A stretch of DNA of 64,000 bases from Chamaesiphon sp. (GTDB taxonomy: Bacteria > Cyanobacteriota > Cyanobacteriia > Cyanobacteriales > Chamaesiphonaceae). The translations under genes and the position numbers were made by a program. The stretch covers positions 32,001 to 96,000 of the forward strand of contig CBDFFH010000049.1 of NCBI GenBank assembly GCA_965246715.1, in the 5' to 3' direction. This document shows positions 28,332-40,559 of the stretch, one piece after another. Each line of letters opens with the position of its first letter. Position 1 is the first letter of the stretch. Under the pieces are notes generated by a model. That model was given only the letters and a program-made list of their open reading frames with translations, was not told the origin of the DNA and did not search any database.

Positions 28332-30533
28332 TTAGCCGAACTTACCAGCAGTAGAGGCGATTAGGAAAGCTGCATAAGTGAGGACATAACCAACTGTGAA
28401 GTGAGCTAGACCTACTACACGACCTTGAACGATCGACATCGCAACGGGCTTATCTTTCCAACGAACCAAGTTCGCCAATGGAGTCCGCTCGTGTGCCCAG
28501 ACAAGTGTTTCGATCAACTCTTGCCAGTAACCACGCCAGCTAATTAAGAACATAAAGCCAGTCGCCCAGACGAGGTGTCCGAAGAGGAACATCCATGCCC
28601 ATACAGACAAGTTGTTCATCCCGTAAGGGTTATAACCGTTAATTAACTGCGAGGAGTTCTGCCAGAGGTAATCGCGTAACCAACCCATTAAGTAAGTCGA
28701 AGACTCATTAAATTGGGCGACGTTACCTTGCCAAATACCGAGGTGTTTCCAGTGCCAGTAGAATGTTACCCACCCTAGAGTGTTCAACATCCAGAACATC
28801 GCGAGGTAGAAGGAGTCCCAACCTGAGATGTCACAAGTACCACCACGACCGGGGCCATCACAAGGGAAGGCGTAGCCGAAGTCTTTCTTGTCGGGCATTA
28901 GTTTGGAACCGCGAGCATCCAATGCACCTTTGACCAAGATCAACGTGGTGGTGTGGAGACCCAATGCGATCGCATGGTGAACTAAGAAGTCACCAGGTCC
29001 GATGGTTAGGAACAAGGAGTTCTTACCAGAGTTGATCGCATCCAACCAACCCGGTAGGTAAACTGCATTGGTATTTGAAGCGATACTATCGGCATTGGAT
29101 AGTAAGGTATCGAAACCATAGAGCACTTTACCGTGAGCGGATTGAACGAACTGTGCGAACACGGGTTCGATCAAGATTTGTTTTTCAGGTGTACCGAAGG
29201 CAACTACGACATCATTGTGAACGTAGAGACCGAGGGTATGGAACCCTAAGAACAGAGACACCCAGCTCAAGTGGGAGATAATTGCCTCTTTGTGCTCTAG
29301 CATCCGCGCGAGCACGTTGTTCCGGTTTTGCTCTGGGTCGTAATCCCGTACCCAGAAGATCGCACCGTGAGCGAAGGCACCAACCATTAAGAAACCAGCA
29401 ATGTACTGGTGGTGGGTATACAGCGAAGCTTGGGTAGTGAAGTCCTGTGCCAAGAACGCATAAGGCGGCATGGAGTACATGTGTTGAGCCACCAAGGAAG
29501 TGACTACACCTAACGAAGCCAATGCCAAACCTAGTTGGAAGTGGAGGGAATTATTCACAGTGTCATACAGACCCTTGTGACCTTCACCTAACTTACCAGC
29601 GGGCGGACGGTGAGCGTTGAGGATATCCTTAATGCTATGACCGATGCCGAAGTTTGTCCGATACATATGCCCAGCAACGATGAAAATCACCGCGATCGCT
29701 AGGTGGTGGTGCGCCATATCAGTCAACCACAAAGATTGAGTCTGAGGATGGAAGCTGCCCAAGAAAGTCAAGATTGCCGTGCCAGCACCTGTGGATGTAC
29801 CAAAGAGTTGTTGAGCGGTATCAGGATTTTCTGCATATACACCCCAATTTCCAGTGAAGAAGGGAGTCAAACCTGCCGGGTGAGGTAGGGTGGAGAGGAA
29901 GTTATCCCAGCCAACGTGCTGACCGCGAGATTCAGGGATAGCAACGTGGACTAAGTGACCCGTCCAAGCTAGCGAACTCACACCAAACAAACCAGCTAAG
30001 TGGTGGTTGAGGCGAGATTCAGCATTCTTGAACCAAGACAAGCTGGGGCGGAATTTAGGTTGGAGGTGTAACCAACCAGCAAACAGCATGACTGAAGCAA
30101 GCACGAGTAAGAAAATCGAACCCATGTACAAGTCATCGTTCGACCGCATCCCGATCGTATACCACCACTGGTAGAGACCGGAATAGCTGATATTGACAGG
30201 ATTAGATGCACCACCTTGAGTAAAAGCATCAACTGCTGGTTGCCCAAAGTGGGGATCCCAAATTGCATGAGCGATCGGGCTGACGTTTAGTGGATCTTTG
30301 ATCCACTGTTCAAAATTACCTTGCCAAGCTACATGGAACTGGTTGCCAGAAGCCCACAGAAAGATAATGCCGAGGTGACCAAAGTGAGTTGCGAAAATCT
30401 TTTGGTAAAGATTTTCCTCAGTCATGCCATCATGGCTTTCAAAATCATGAGCCGTGGCAATCCCGTACCAGAGCCGACGAGTAGTCGGATCTTGTGCGAG
30501 GTCTTGGCTAAATTTAGGGAATTTAGTTGCCAT
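28332..30533 (-). CDS. psaB: Photosystem I P700 apoprotein A2
   Basis: [20 protein letters not shown] start at 30533 and [15 protein letters not shown] motif. Confidence 0.99.
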   Translation of the reverse strand: MATKFPKFSQDLAQDPTTRRLWYGIATAHDFESHDGMTEENLYQKIFATHFGHLGIIFLWASGNQFHVAWQGNFEQWIKDPLNVSPIAHAIWDPHFGQPAVDAFTQGGASNPVNISYSGLYQWWYTIGMRSNDDLYMGSIFLLVLASVMLFAGWLHLQPKFRPSLSWFKNAESRLNHHLAGLFGVSSLAWTGHLVHVAIPESRGQHVGWDNFLSTLPHPAGLTPFFTGNWGVYAENPDTAQQLFGTSTGAGTAILTFLGSFHPQTQSLWLTDMAHHHLAIAVIFIVAGHMYRTNFGIGHSIKDILNAHRPPAGKLGEGHKGLYDTVNNSLHFQLGLALASLGVVTSLVAQHMYSMPPYAFLAQDFTTQASLYTHHQYIAGFLMVGAFAHGAIFWVRDYDPEQNRNNVLARMLEHKEAIISHLSWVSLFLGFHTLGLYVHNDVVVAFGTPEKQILIEPVFAQFVQSAHGKVLYGFDTLLSNADSIASNTNAVYLPGWLDAINSGKNSLFLTIGPGDFLVHHAIALGLHTTTLILVKGALDARGSKLMPDKKDFGYAFPCDGPGRGGTCDISGWDSFYLAMFWMLNTLGWVTFYWHWKHLGIWQGNVAQFNESSTYLMGWLRDYLWQNSSQLINGYNPYGMNNLSVWAWMFLFGHLVWATGFMFLISWRGYWQELIETLVWAHERTPLANLVRWKDKPVAMSIVQGRVVGLAHFTVGYVLTYAAFLIASTAGKFG

Positions 30534-30730
30534 AGTTTTCTTATCAGGTTTCCTCGCTGACAGACGAGACGATTGTAGTAGGCCGTAAGCTAACCGCAAC
30601 CATCTCGTGTGGCATTAATTAGCATTACTTTAATGTTGCTACCGAAGTCCAGCTAACTGGGTTCGGTTCAGTAGCGATATTTAGAGCAGTTGCCACTATT
30701 CTCGCTACTGAAGTATCGACGTTGACTTCG

Positions 30731-32986
30731 CTAACCGATCGAAATCGATCGAGCTAGGAAGAATGCCCAGGTTGTCGCAATACCTCCGAGGAGATAATGT
30801 GCTACCCCAACAGCCCGACCCTGAATAATACTCAGAGCGCGAGGTTGAATTGCTGGGCCGACGTTGAGCTTGTTGTGCGCCCAAACGATCGATTCGATCA
30901 GTTCTTGCCAGTAGCCGCGACCGCTGAACAGGAACATCAAGCTAAACGCCCAGATGAAGTGTGCGCCCAAGAAGATCAATCCGTAAGCCGACAGCGCCGT
31001 ACCGTAGGAGTTGATAACTTGAGAAGCTTGTGCCCACAGGAAGTCACGCAACCAACCATTGATTGTCGTCGCACTAGCAGCAAAGTTGCCACCAGTAACG
31101 TGGTTGACCGTACCGTCTGGCGATACTGTCCCCCAAACATCCGACTGCATTTTCCAGCTAAAGTGGAAGATTACAACCGAAATTGCGTTGTACATCCAGA
31201 ACAGTCCGAGGAAGACGTGATCCCAACCAGAAACTTGGCAGGTACCACCCCGACCGGGGCCGTCGCAAGGGAACCGGAAGCCCAGACTAGCTTTATCGGG
31301 GATTAACCGCGAGCTACGAGCGAACAGTACACCTTTAAGCAGAATTAAGACAGTGACGTGAATGGTGAAAGCATGGATGTGGTGAACCATGAAGTCCGCC
31401 GTTCCTAATGCGATCGGCATCATTGCCACTTTGCCGCCGACTGCGAGAGTATCGCCACCGAAAGCGAGACTAGCAGTGTTCAGTGCGTTTGGCGCAGTGT
31501 TCCCAGCCGCAGCAGTGTGCAGACCTTGCACCCACTGAGCGAACACGGGCTGCAACTGAATTGCTTTGTCAGAGAACATATCCTGAGGACGACCCAAAGC
31601 TTGCATGGTGTCGTTGTGGATATACAGACCGAAGCTATGGAAGCCCAAGAACATCGAGACCCAGTTCAGATGTGAAATTACCGCGTCGCGGTGACGTAAC
31701 ATCCGATCGAGAAGATTGTTCTGGTTCATTGCTGGGTCGTAGTCACGAACCATGAAGATTGCGCCGTGAGCGGCACCACCAACGATACAGAAACCGCCAA
31801 TCCACATGTGGTGGGTAAACAGCGATAACTGAGTCGCGTAGTCCGTTGCTTGGTAAGGATAAGGAGGCATCGCATACATGTGTTGTGCCACAATGATGCT
31901 GAGCGACCCTAACATTGCTAAGTTGATTGCCAACTGAGCATGCCAAGAAGTAGTTAGTACTTCATAGAGACCTTTATGACCTTCGCCAGTAAAGGGACCT
32001 TTATGATTTTCTAAAATTTCTTTCATGCTGTGACCGATGCCCCAATTCGTGCGGTACATATGTCCGGCAACGATAAATAGCACCGCAATTGCTAAGTGAT
32101 GATGAGCCTGATCCGATAACCACAGACCGCCAGTAGTAGGATTCAGACCACCTTTGAAAGTGAGGAAGTCTGCATATTCTGCCCAATTCAAAGTAAAGAA
32201 TGGAGTCAGACCCTTAGCAAAACTGGGGTACAGTTCTGCCATCTTGGAAGGATCCAAGATAAATTCATGGGGTAAGGGAATATCTTTAGCAGCTACACCA
32301 GAGTCCAGCAGCTTATTAATTGGTAAAGATACATGGATTTGGTGACCTGCCCAACCAAGGGATCCCAAACCTAACAAACCAGCTAAGTGATGGTTCATCA
32401 TCGACTCCACATTCTGGAACCATTCCAGTTTGGGAGCGCGTTTATGATAGTGGAACCAACCAGCAAAGAGCATTAACCCAGCCATGACGAGCGCGCCAAT
32501 AGCCGTGCAATATAACTGGAAGGAGTTGGTAAAACCTGCGCCTCTCCACATTTGGAAGAGACCAGAGGTGATTTGAATCCCACGGAAACCGCCACCAACA
32601 TCGGCATTGAGGATGTCTTGACCGACAACCGACCAGACGACTTGGGCACTGGGTTTGATCCCAGTGGGGTTAGTCAACCACGCTTCATAGTTGGAGAAAC
32701 GGGCACCATGGAAGTACATCCCGCTCAACCAAATAAAAATGATGGCGAGGTGACCGAAGTGAGCACTAAAGATCTTACGCGAAACGTCTTCTAGGTCACT
32801 AGTGTGACTGTCGAAATCATGGGCGTTGGCATGAAGGTTCCAAATCCACGTAGTGGTTTTTGGTCCCTTAGCAAGGGTGCGATCGAAATGACCCGGTTTA
32901 CCCCATTTCTCGAAAGAAGTAGGAACTGGATCCGTGTCTACGACTACCTTTACTTTTGCCTCCCGCTCTGGGGGACTAATTGTCAT
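30731..32986 (-). CDS. psaA: Photosystem I P700 apoprotein A1
   Basis: MTISPPERE start, [13 protein letters not shown] motif and AGGAG RBS. Confidence 0.99.
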   Translation of the reverse strand: MTISPPEREAKVKVVVDTDPVPTSFEKWGKPGHFDRTLAKGPKTTTWIWNLHANAHDFDSHTSDLEDVSRKIFSAHFGHLAIIFIWLSGMYFHGARFSNYEAWLTNPTGIKPSAQVVWSVVGQDILNADVGGGFRGIQITSGLFQMWRGAGFTNSFQLYCTAIGALVMAGLMLFAGWFHYHKRAPKLEWFQNVESMMNHHLAGLLGLGSLGWAGHQIHVSLPINKLLDSGVAAKDIPLPHEFILDPSKMAELYPSFAKGLTPFFTLNWAEYADFLTFKGGLNPTTGGLWLSDQAHHHLAIAVLFIVAGHMYRTNWGIGHSMKEILENHKGPFTGEGHKGLYEVLTTSWHAQLAINLAMLGSLSIIVAQHMYAMPPYPYQATDYATQLSLFTHHMWIGGFCIVGGAAHGAIFMVRDYDPAMNQNNLLDRMLRHRDAVISHLNWVSMFLGFHSFGLYIHNDTMQALGRPQDMFSDKAIQLQPVFAQWVQGLHTAAAGNTAPNALNTASLAFGGDTLAVGGKVAMMPIALGTADFMVHHIHAFTIHVTVLILLKGVLFARSSRLIPDKASLGFRFPCDGPGRGGTCQVSGWDHVFLGLFWMYNAISVVIFHFSWKMQSDVWGTVSPDGTVNHVTGGNFAASATTINGWLRDFLWAQASQVINSYGTALSAYGLIFLGAHFIWAFSLMFLFSGRGYWQELIESIVWAHNKLNVGPAIQPRALSIIQGRAVGVAHYLLGGIATTWAFFLARSISIG

Positions 32987-33573
32987 GAGGACTCTCCTCT
33001 CTAGACCAGGAACGAAGTTATACCCAACTATGCCCGTTTTTCAAGATTGCTCTTGAAGTGAAACGGAGCTAAAAACTTTGCTCGTCTGCCTACATCCCGA
33101 AGGTGCAAGCCCGAGCTGCACTTAGGATAAATAAAACAAGTTCATTTAACAGTACCGCTGTTCATTGGATTATAGGTTGATGACTTACCCATATTCATCA
33201 TTCGTTAACAATAATTCAAAGTCGCAGCCTTAAATGCTTGTGTCGATCTTAAATCGATGGAACCGTGATGAAAGTCAAGCTTAATACATTTTTTTTAAAC
33301 AAACTTAATAATTATCACAAACATTTTCCAGCAAGGTTTCCAGCCGATTTACCGGGCAAAAATCTTTTTTGCTTTGAAGTTTACACTGTCGTTGGGAAAA
33401 ATGCTGTTTACATATGTACATCGATCCTCAACTGCGGAAGGATCGGACGCAACAAACCGGGAACATCCCCCTAACTTCGTAAATATGGCAAAAAGCTAGA
33501 TCGTCAAGTAAAAACTCGCCAATCCTAGTAAAATAAGCAGTGCCAACTAGTAACTCGTGAAATAGAGGTATCG

Positions 33574-35529
33574 GTGCTGAGAGCGAATTTGAAGTGGAAA
33601 TTAGTCAAGCGACTCGTGGGATCGTGCTTAGTGCTGATCCTGGCGATCGGGGCGATCGGTTGTGAATCGCTCTCACAGCGGCTCGATCGACAACCCACGA
33701 CAACAACACCCAGTGAAACCGAACAGGGGATCGCCACTAGCGAGCTAGTGAATACCGATGGGCCACTCTCCGAAGTTAATATCCCCGAAAGCATTACTAA
33801 ATTAGCGCCGAGCGTGGCTAAATTTCAGCCACAAGTACGTATTCTCAGTCCACAACCCGACCAAATACTCGCTGACGATCGAGTCAGTGTCAAATTAAAA
33901 GTCAGCGATCTGCCGCTGTTCAAAAGTGCTGCGTTAGGATTGGGCAATCATTTACATGTGATTCTCGACAAGCAGACATATAAAAGTGTTTACGATCTGA
34001 CTCACCCCCTGATTTTTGAAAACTTAGCGGCTGGAACCCATACCATCCGGGTATTTGCCTCGCGTCCGTGGCATGAAAGCTTTAAAAATGAGGGTGCATA
34101 CGCTCAAACCACCTTTCACGTTCTGACGAAAACTGCGGAAAATAATCCCGATCCCCAACGACCACTTCTTACTTATAGCCGCCCTGCGGGTATATATGGA
34201 GCGGAGCCGATTATGTTGGATTACTATCTAACGAATGCACCCGAGCGAGTAGCAACAGATCGGGACGATCCGCTCCCCGATTGGAAAGTTCGCGTCACCA
34301 TCAATAACCAAAAGTTTATTGTCGATCGCTGGGCACCGATCTATCTCCAAGGGTTCAAGCAGGGCAAAAACTGGGTGAGATTAGAACTGGTTGACGATCG
34401 AGGTAGTTTGATTCCCAACGTCTATAACGATACAGTTAGCGCGTTTAGTTACGATCCTCAGAAAAAAGATAGTCTGGCTAAACTGATCCAAGGTGAGATC
34501 GAGCCAAATCTCGCGCTCTCACTCATCGATCCCAATTATGTTGCTGTAAATCCAAATCCATTACCAGCAATAACGACTCCAGCTAGATCCATAGATCCAG
34601 TCCCCCCAGTCAGTAGCTCGCCGTCTGCTGCAACTCCTAGCGTGGTTCCACCTCTCCCCAGTCCTGCCGCCAACACCTCAACACCAATCGCATCAAAAAT
34701 CACCATCCCTAGTCCACCAGCAACTTCGCCCTCACAACCAACAGCACTTCCTACCCCAGTAGCCCCTATACCACAACAGTCACAACCAACTGCAAGTCCC
34801 AGTCCAATAGCAATTGCACCCCAACAACCCAAAACACTTCCTACTCCAGTTGCGAGCGTCCCAACCCCACAACCAGCCCCAATTACTAGTCCGATAGAGA
34901 TCGATCCACTAGCACCCAAAGCGCTTCCTAGTCCAGTTGCAATCTCGCCAACACCACAACCAACTGCAAGTCCTATTCCGGTTGAGATCGTCCCACAGCT
35001 ACCAAGTGGCGTGCCATCTGCACCTCAAATTTCCACCCCCATTCCAGTCTTAGTCGTTCCACAATTACCAAATAGCTTGCCATCCCCACCAGCCATCGCG
35101 ATCGATCGACCTCAGACCGCGCTAGCACCACCAACCATGCCGATAATCATCAATCCAAATCCCGTAGCGACTCCAGCGCCGATAACTCCCAAACCGCCAG
35201 CCGATATTCCACCACAGCCGATTTTAGTGCCGATTCCAGTGGTGATTCCGCAGCCTACAGCAGGAATAACTCCACCCTCCCCACAAGTCAGTCGGGCTGA
35301 GCGGGCAGAACCATCGTCCCCAACGATCGGTCAACCGCAACAAGTCGAATCAGAACCAAATAAGTGGCAAACCCGATCGATCGAACTAATTAAATTTATA
35401 GGTGTAAAGATCCGGGCGTTTACCAATACTATTCCCGCAAAAGCACAAAGATTCGGTCATAACATCCAGATTTGGACTAGTCAAGCGATCGAGCTGGTGC
35501 GATCGTGGCGGAATAAAGAGGCGGGTTAG
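33574..35529 (+). CDS. Putative lipoprotein with conserved N-terminal domain and long Pro-rich tail
   Basis: Hydrophobic signal ending AIGC; GLGNHLHVILD, GTHTIRVFASRPWHESFKN; about 260 aa of Pro/Thr/Ser-rich sequence. Confidence 0.85.
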   Translation: MLRANLKWKLVKRLVGSCLVLILAIGAIGCESLSQRLDRQPTTTTPSETEQGIATSELVNTDGPLSEVNIPESITKLAPSVAKFQPQVRILSPQPDQILADDRVSVKLKVSDLPLFKSAALGLGNHLHVILDKQTYKSVYDLTHPLIFENLAAGTHTIRVFASRPWHESFKNEGAYAQTTFHVLTKTAENNPDPQRPLLTYSRPAGIYGAEPIMLDYYLTNAPERVATDRDDPLPDWKVRVTINNQKFIVDRWAPIYLQGFKQGKNWVRLELVDDRGSLIPNVYNDTVSAFSYDPQKKDSLAKLIQGEIEPNLALSLIDPNYVAVNPNPLPAITTPARSIDPVPPVSSSPSAATPSVVPPLPSPAANTSTPIASKITIPSPPATSPSQPTALPTPVAPIPQQSQPTASPSPIAIAPQQPKTLPTPVASVPTPQPAPITSPIEIDPLAPKALPSPVAISPTPQPTASPIPVEIVPQLPSGVPSAPQISTPIPVLVVPQLPNSLPSPPAIAIDRPQTALAPPTMPIIINPNPVATPAPITPKPPADIPPQPILVPIPVVIPQPTAGITPPSPQVSRAERAEPSSPTIGQPQQVESEPNKWQTRSIELIKFIGVKIRAFTNTIPAKAQRFGHNIQIWTSQAIELVRSWRNKEAG

Positions 35530-35543
35530 GTTGGTAGTGCCGA

Positions 35544-35757
35544 TTAACCCAAGTTGCTACCTACACTCAAAGTGGTTAAAACCACTCCTCGGAATACGAA
35601 GTCCGCCTTCGCGGACTGAATTTCTTAGTCCGCGAAGGCGGACTTTGCAATATTAGCCGCGACTTTAGTCGCAGGTACTCAGTATGTAGCAACTTGGATT
35701 ATCTATTGAAATACCGTCGATGGAAATCGCTTTGAATATCGGCAGCAACTTGGGTTA
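35544..35757. repeat. Second (inverted) copy of the MITE/REPIN-like element
   Basis: TAACCCAAGTTGCTACCTA...AGTCCGCCTTCGCGGACTGAATTTCTTAGTCCGCGAAGGCGGACT...GCGACTTTAGTCGC...GTAGCAACTTGGATTA, plus an additional end GCAACTTGGGTTA. Confidence 0.85.
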
Positions 35758-35775
35758 TTTACTATTCCCGCTCGC

Positions 35776-36555
35776 CTAATCGATCACATGGATCGGGCCG
35801 TGCGTACTAGCACTAAAAAATTGACGGACTAGAGAATTATCTGTAGTGTCGATTTCAGTAGTTTTACCGTCCCATTGCACCTTGCCATGATAGATAAAGA
35901 CAATCCGATCGGTAGTCCGGCGAATCGTACTGTCTTGATGAGTAACCATGACATGCGTTCTACAACCACCATCGGCATGTTGGAGATCTCTGACTAAATC
36001 TTCAATTACTGTAGACGCGATCGGGTCTAATCCAGCGGTTGGTTCGTCATACAACAAAACTTCCGGGTTATCTTCAGGATGTTCGGGATTGGACATGATC
36101 GCCCGGGCAAAACTGACCCGTTTGCGCATTCCACCAGACAATTGTGCGGGATAACGATCGGACACATCCCCCAATCCGACCATTTCTAACTTAGCTTCTA
36201 CCAACTCGCGGATCTTGTGGCGGGGGATATGCGACTGCTGGAACATCCGGAAACCAACATTTTCCTCTACTGTCAGCGAGTCAAACAGGGCAGCTTGCTG
36301 AAACACCATGCCAATATAGATCGCATCGTTGCCATCTTCGATCGAGCCGCGCCGGAGTTTACCTTGGATATAAACTTCGCCCTCATCCGGAATCAGTAAT
36401 CCAGCGATAATCCGGAGAATCGTCGATTTGCCAGTACCGGATGGGCCGATAATCCCCAAACCCTCACAAGGATAAATATCTAGATCCATTTTATCTAGAA
36501 TTACGCTCTTACCAAAGGATTGGGATACTCCACGTAGTTGAATAATAGGTTCCAT
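35776..36555 (-). CDS. ABC transporter ATP-binding protein, MlaF/TGD3-like
   Basis: GPSGTGKS, FQQAALFDSLTV, LSGGMRKRV and YDEPTAGLDP motifs. Confidence 0.9.
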   Translation of the reverse strand: MEPIIQLRGVSQSFGKSVILDKMDLDIYPCEGLGIIGPSGTGKSTILRIIAGLLIPDEGEVYIQGKLRRGSIEDGNDAIYIGMVFQQAALFDSLTVEENVGFRMFQQSHIPRHKIRELVEAKLEMVGLGDVSDRYPAQLSGGMRKRVSFARAIMSNPEHPEDNPEVLLYDEPTAGLDPIASTVIEDLVRDLQHADGGCRTHVMVTHQDSTIRRTTDRIVFIYHGKVQWDGKTTEIDTTDNSLVRQFFSASTHGPIHVID

Positions 36556-36672
36556 CAGGGATTATCAATTATGAATTAGGCATGTTCGCACCGATCGACG
36601 ACAAGTTTGAATGGGTAAGGGTGCTAAAAGATCTGCTAAGTACTGTCGATCGCAGAAATATCCGCTCGATCG

Positions 36673-38094
36673 CTACTCCCCTAAATTGTATTTTTGAGTA
36701 AAAATGCCCCCGATGGCCGCGATCGCTGCTAAAAAGAGTAGCACTGTTGGGACACCGACAGCAGTCTCTGCAAATCCAGTCAGTGCTAGAGGTAAACTCA
36801 GTGCGATATTAATTGCATTATTCTGAAGTCCAAATACTTTGCCACGCATCTCTTCTGGCGTTTCGGATTGAATGGTCGTCTGCATGGGAATGACGATCGC
36901 CGCACTAAATATACCCATTGTTACCAAGCATAATAAACTCAGCCAGAGGGACTGGGAAAAAGACAAACCAACTAGGGTAGCCGCTACCCCCATCGATCCG
37001 TACAGACTCAATTGATTGTGCGAAAATTTCTGACCGATATAACCTAGAATCACGGCACCTAAGCCCATGCCGACACCAGCCGCAGCCAGCAGGAACCCAA
37101 ATTGTGAAGCTTTAATTTCAGGTAAGAGTTCGGCCATCCGTACTGTTAACACCGTCATCGCTGCAAACACAGAGAAAAAGATTACTAGTTGAATCAACGC
37201 GCCTTTAATTTTATTATGCGTGTTGAAATAACCGATCCCATCCCGCAGATCGGCTAGGATATGCGGTTCTTCCCCAGTCGGGATTTGTTTGGTTTCACCC
37301 GTCCGCATCACCAACAGGAGAATACCTGCCAGAATGTAACTACTACCAACCAACACTTCTTTACCGATATTTACCCCAAGACCAAGGCTCGCACCAAAAC
37401 TATCGGCTAGAGCTAAAATTGGTTCGCCCACTGCAAACCCCACGATCAACGAACCCATCATCGTGGTCGTATACAGCGAATTTGCTGAAAGTAAATCTGG
37501 CTTATCAACAATCATCGAAATTGTTGCTGTCTCTGCTGGGGCGAAAAACTGCCCGAGAGTTGACGTAGCAAAAGTAACGATTAGCAGAATCTCAAATCCT
37601 AATGGTAAGTTGGCGACCACTTGCCCCTTGGTCAACCATAACAGTAATGGCAACACCACTAATAACAGACCCCTGAGGAGATTGGTAATTACCAACACTT
37701 CTTTTTTGTGCCAGCGATCGACAAATACGCCTGCCACCGAGCCAAATAAGATCGCCGGAATGGTATTGGCAATCATGATCGCCGATACCCAACCGCTGAT
37801 ACTTTGATTCTCAGACTGGAATTGACTCTCAATAATTGCAATCATCAGCACCAGTAGAACTTTATCTGCTAACTGGGAAAAGATCTGTCCGCTCCAGAGG
37901 GTGAGGAAGTTGCGATTTTTGAGAATGGTAATAAATCCTGGCTGCGGAGCTTCAGTCTCAGCCTGCATTTCTGGTACCACCGCCCCCTCCTCTCCAACGA
38001 AATTTTCCTGCTGTGACGAACTGCTAGACATCTCTGTCTGGCTAGAAACAGTTAATTCGTTTTCTGGTGCTTTGTCAAAATCAGATAGTCGCAT
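36673..38094 (-). CDS. MFS transporter (DHA3/H+ antiporter-like)
   Basis: LWSGQIFSQLADK, AGVFVDRW, QFFAPAE and RGKVFG motifs; about 12 TM helices. Confidence 0.92.
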   Translation of the reverse strand: MRLSDFDKAPENELTVSSQTEMSSSSSQQENFVGEEGAVVPEMQAETEAPQPGFITILKNRNFLTLWSGQIFSQLADKVLLVLMIAIIESQFQSENQSISGWVSAIMIANTIPAILFGSVAGVFVDRWHKKEVLVITNLLRGLLLVVLPLLLWLTKGQVVANLPLGFEILLIVTFATSTLGQFFAPAETATISMIVDKPDLLSANSLYTTTMMGSLIVGFAVGEPILALADSFGASLGLGVNIGKEVLVGSSYILAGILLLVMRTGETKQIPTGEEPHILADLRDGIGYFNTHNKIKGALIQLVIFFSVFAAMTVLTVRMAELLPEIKASQFGFLLAAAGVGMGLGAVILGYIGQKFSHNQLSLYGSMGVAATLVGLSFSQSLWLSLLCLVTMGIFSAAIVIPMQTTIQSETPEEMRGKVFGLQNNAINIALSLPLALTGFAETAVGVPTVLLFLAAIAAIGGIFTQKYNLGE

Positions 38095-38527
38095 TTAATA
38101 ATGTGGTAGGACGGCGATAACCGCTGAATTTTAAAGTGTGATGATTTTAAAAACCGATTTGAGATATACCTTCCATTTTAAGGCTGGGTGAGTAAGCTCA
38201 GGCGGAAAATGCGATCGGTTTGACAAATTGATTTGTGGTGTTGCCAAATCCTGGGATGAAATTGTAATCTTACCCCGATGAGTCGGCGCTCAATCCAGCA
38301 ACGCCTGATTTTTAAAATTGCGGCGCTCTCGCAATGCGCGAAGGAAGGGATTACTAACATTACCTCAACCCATGTTAGTTGTGAAATTACCATCCAGTGA
38401 TGTAGAAATCCGCACATCTATTTCGTTTGACCGATCTCAGTGTAGCGGTTTTATCAAAATAGTGGCTGAGGCGGTCACTTCTTTGCAGCCTAAAATTAGT
38501 TGACATGCCCATGCGTGGATCAGTGTC

Positions 38528-39346
38528 TTACATGTCGATTAATGCTGCCGATCGAATTTGAAGATTGAGATGGTAGTGAATATATTGGCGTAAGATCCGC
38601 TCTACCCGCCGCCACACGCTAGCTAAATTCGTGTCTGAGATGATTTCTAGTGGAAATAGATCGATCTGTTGTTCCAATCGATCGAGGTTAGGATCGGAAA
38701 GGTGTTGCAATAACAGCAGATCCAGCGCGCTCAGACGGTAATTAACCACTACACTAGGATCGCCTTGCTCCAGTGCGCTTAATTCCAGCGTACTACCTGC
38801 TTCGAGACTAAACCCAACTTGCCAATCAGGATGCGTAAAATCAGGCACGAGAGCGCGGCGAGTAAGATAGCAGTCATAGACTTGTGGTGCGATCCCATCT
38901 AACGCCAACAGGTGAAAAATCCCTTGACACAAATGTGCGATCGATCCGGTATTGTCACCGCGCTCCAAATCATTCAATCGACCTAAATGCAGCATCAAAA
39001 GTTGATACAAATCTTCCTGCGGACGCTCGCTCAATGCTTGTGCTAGTACTAGCTCTGCCAGATACTGACTTGCCGCTAGTTTACTCAGATCGCCACTCAA
39101 ACCACTATAAGTAGTAATCGTTTCTGCTTGAGTGATTTTATCGAGCGAGCGCCCCTTGGCAATCAACAAACTATTGACAACAAAAATCGCACTCCGCCCG
39201 CCCAGACTCGAGTTTGACTTCCGAGCACCCGGCGCGATCGCTTTAATTAAACCATGCTCGCGCGTGAGCATCGTTACCAATCGATCGTTTTCACCGATCG
39301 GAATTGCTTTGAGATTGATACCTGTAGCTTTGTACGTGCCACTCAT
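38528..39346 (-). CDS. recO: DNA repair protein RecO
   Basis: [33 protein letters not shown] and [11 protein letters not shown] motifs. Confidence 0.92.
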   Translation of the reverse strand: MSGTYKATGINLKAIPIGENDRLVTMLTREHGLIKAIAPGARKSNSSLGGRSAIFVVNSLLIAKGRSLDKITQAETITTYSGLSGDLSKLAASQYLAELVLAQALSERPQEDLYQLLMLHLGRLNDLERGDNTGSIAHLCQGIFHLLALDGIAPQVYDCYLTRRALVPDFTHPDWQVGFSLEAGSTLELSALEQGDPSVVVNYRLSALDLLLLQHLSDPNLDRLEQQIDLFPLEIISDTNLASVWRRVERILRQYIHYHLNLQIRSAALIDM

Positions 39347-39433
39347 TGACTGGGTTAGATCCGCAAACCTTTATAATATAGACTAACTTTTAGTGGGCAA
39401 CCGATCGAAAGTGCTGTTATTGGGAAAATATTA

Positions 39434-40483
39434 GTGAGCGAACAAAAACAAACTTTTCTCCGCAATATTTGGTACTATGCCCTTCCCGGCGGACAGCTCA
39501 AAGCAGGTCGGATGTTTGCCAAAAAACTCTTGGGCGAGCCGATTGTGTTTGGACGCACCAATGGCGGCGAAGTGTTTGCACTGCGCGATATCTGCCCCCA
39601 TCGCGCCGTCCCGCTGAGCTGCGGACGATTTAGTGGTGAGGAAATCGAATGTGCTTACCACGGGTGGAGATTTGACGAAAAAGGTGGATGCACAGCAATT
39701 CCAGCATTGAGTGCCGACCAAGATTTAGATTTGAGTAAGTTTCAAGTTCGGAGGTATTCAGTCCAGGAGGTACAGGGAAATATTTGGATTTATATGTCCG
39801 ACTCGGAACGCGGCGATGTCAAGCCAGTGGTTGATGTACCAATCGTGCCTGAATTCGAGCAGGAAACTTATCAAGCGGCATATACGATGAAGTTCCCCTG
39901 TTTCATCGATCATGCAGTCGTCGGCTTGATGGATCCTTCGCACGTACCATTCGTCCATCGCGCGTGGTGGTGGCGCAACGACACTATTCTCACCGATGAG
40001 ATCAAAGCTTTCGATCCTTCGCCTTATGGCTTTACGATGCGCCGCCATCGTCTGGAGCGCCAAACATTTTTCTATCGCTTAGTCGGTGGTGATGCCGAGG
40101 TAGAAATCTCCTTTCAGCTACCCGGGGTGAGAATCGAGCAGATTATCACCAATACAAATATTGTCTGCAATATGACAGTAATTACGCCATTGTCGGAGAC
40201 GGAGACAGAAGTAACGACATTGTTTTATACCACGATCGGCTGGTTCAAACCTTTAGTACCCATTATCATGCCCTTTATCAGTACTTTTCTCGGGCAGGAT
40301 CGGGATATGGTGGTCAAACAACAAATTGGGCTGCAATACGCTCCACCGTTGATGTTGATTCGCGATGCCGATACTCAAGCGAAATGGTACTATCAATTGC
40401 GATCGGAATTTATGAAATCGAGCGCCGAGCAACGCAGTTTTAACAATCCAGTCAAGTCGCAAGTATTGAAGTGGCGGAGTTAA
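39434..40483 (+). CDS. Rieske non-heme iron oxygenase (aromatic ring-hydroxylating/vanillate demethylase-like)
   Basis: CPHR...CAYHGW Rieske motif and DPSHVPFVH mononuclear iron site. Confidence 0.92.
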   Translation: MSEQKQTFLRNIWYYALPGGQLKAGRMFAKKLLGEPIVFGRTNGGEVFALRDICPHRAVPLSCGRFSGEEIECAYHGWRFDEKGGCTAIPALSADQDLDLSKFQVRRYSVQEVQGNIWIYMSDSERGDVKPVVDVPIVPEFEQETYQAAYTMKFPCFIDHAVVGLMDPSHVPFVHRAWWWRNDTILTDEIKAFDPSPYGFTMRRHRLERQTFFYRLVGGDAEVEISFQLPGVRIEQIITNTNIVCNMTVITPLSETETEVTTLFYTTIGWFKPLVPIIMPFISTFLGQDRDMVVKQQIGLQYAPPLMLIRDADTQAKWYYQLRSEFMKSSAEQRSFNNPVKSQVLKWRS

Positions 40484-40559
40484 TTACCTTCGATCTATCT
40501 ACAGAGTAGTTGTAAGAGATTTCACATGTCGATTCTAATTTACTAGCTAGGAGAAATAT

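Noticed and set aside
30534..30599. 22-aa N-terminal extension of PsaB
   Set aside because: The canonical [10 protein letters not shown] start is at 30533. The upstream TTG is an ORF-caller artefact.
28332..32986. Far-red (FaRLiP) photosystem I paralogues
   Set aside because: The sequences look like standard PsaA/PsaB with minor substitutions, and no rfpABC, chlF or apc paralogue cluster is nearby.
38100..38520. Long recO-MFS spacer with short ORFs
   Set aside because: No convincing coding signal, repeat or stable structure could be identified by eye.
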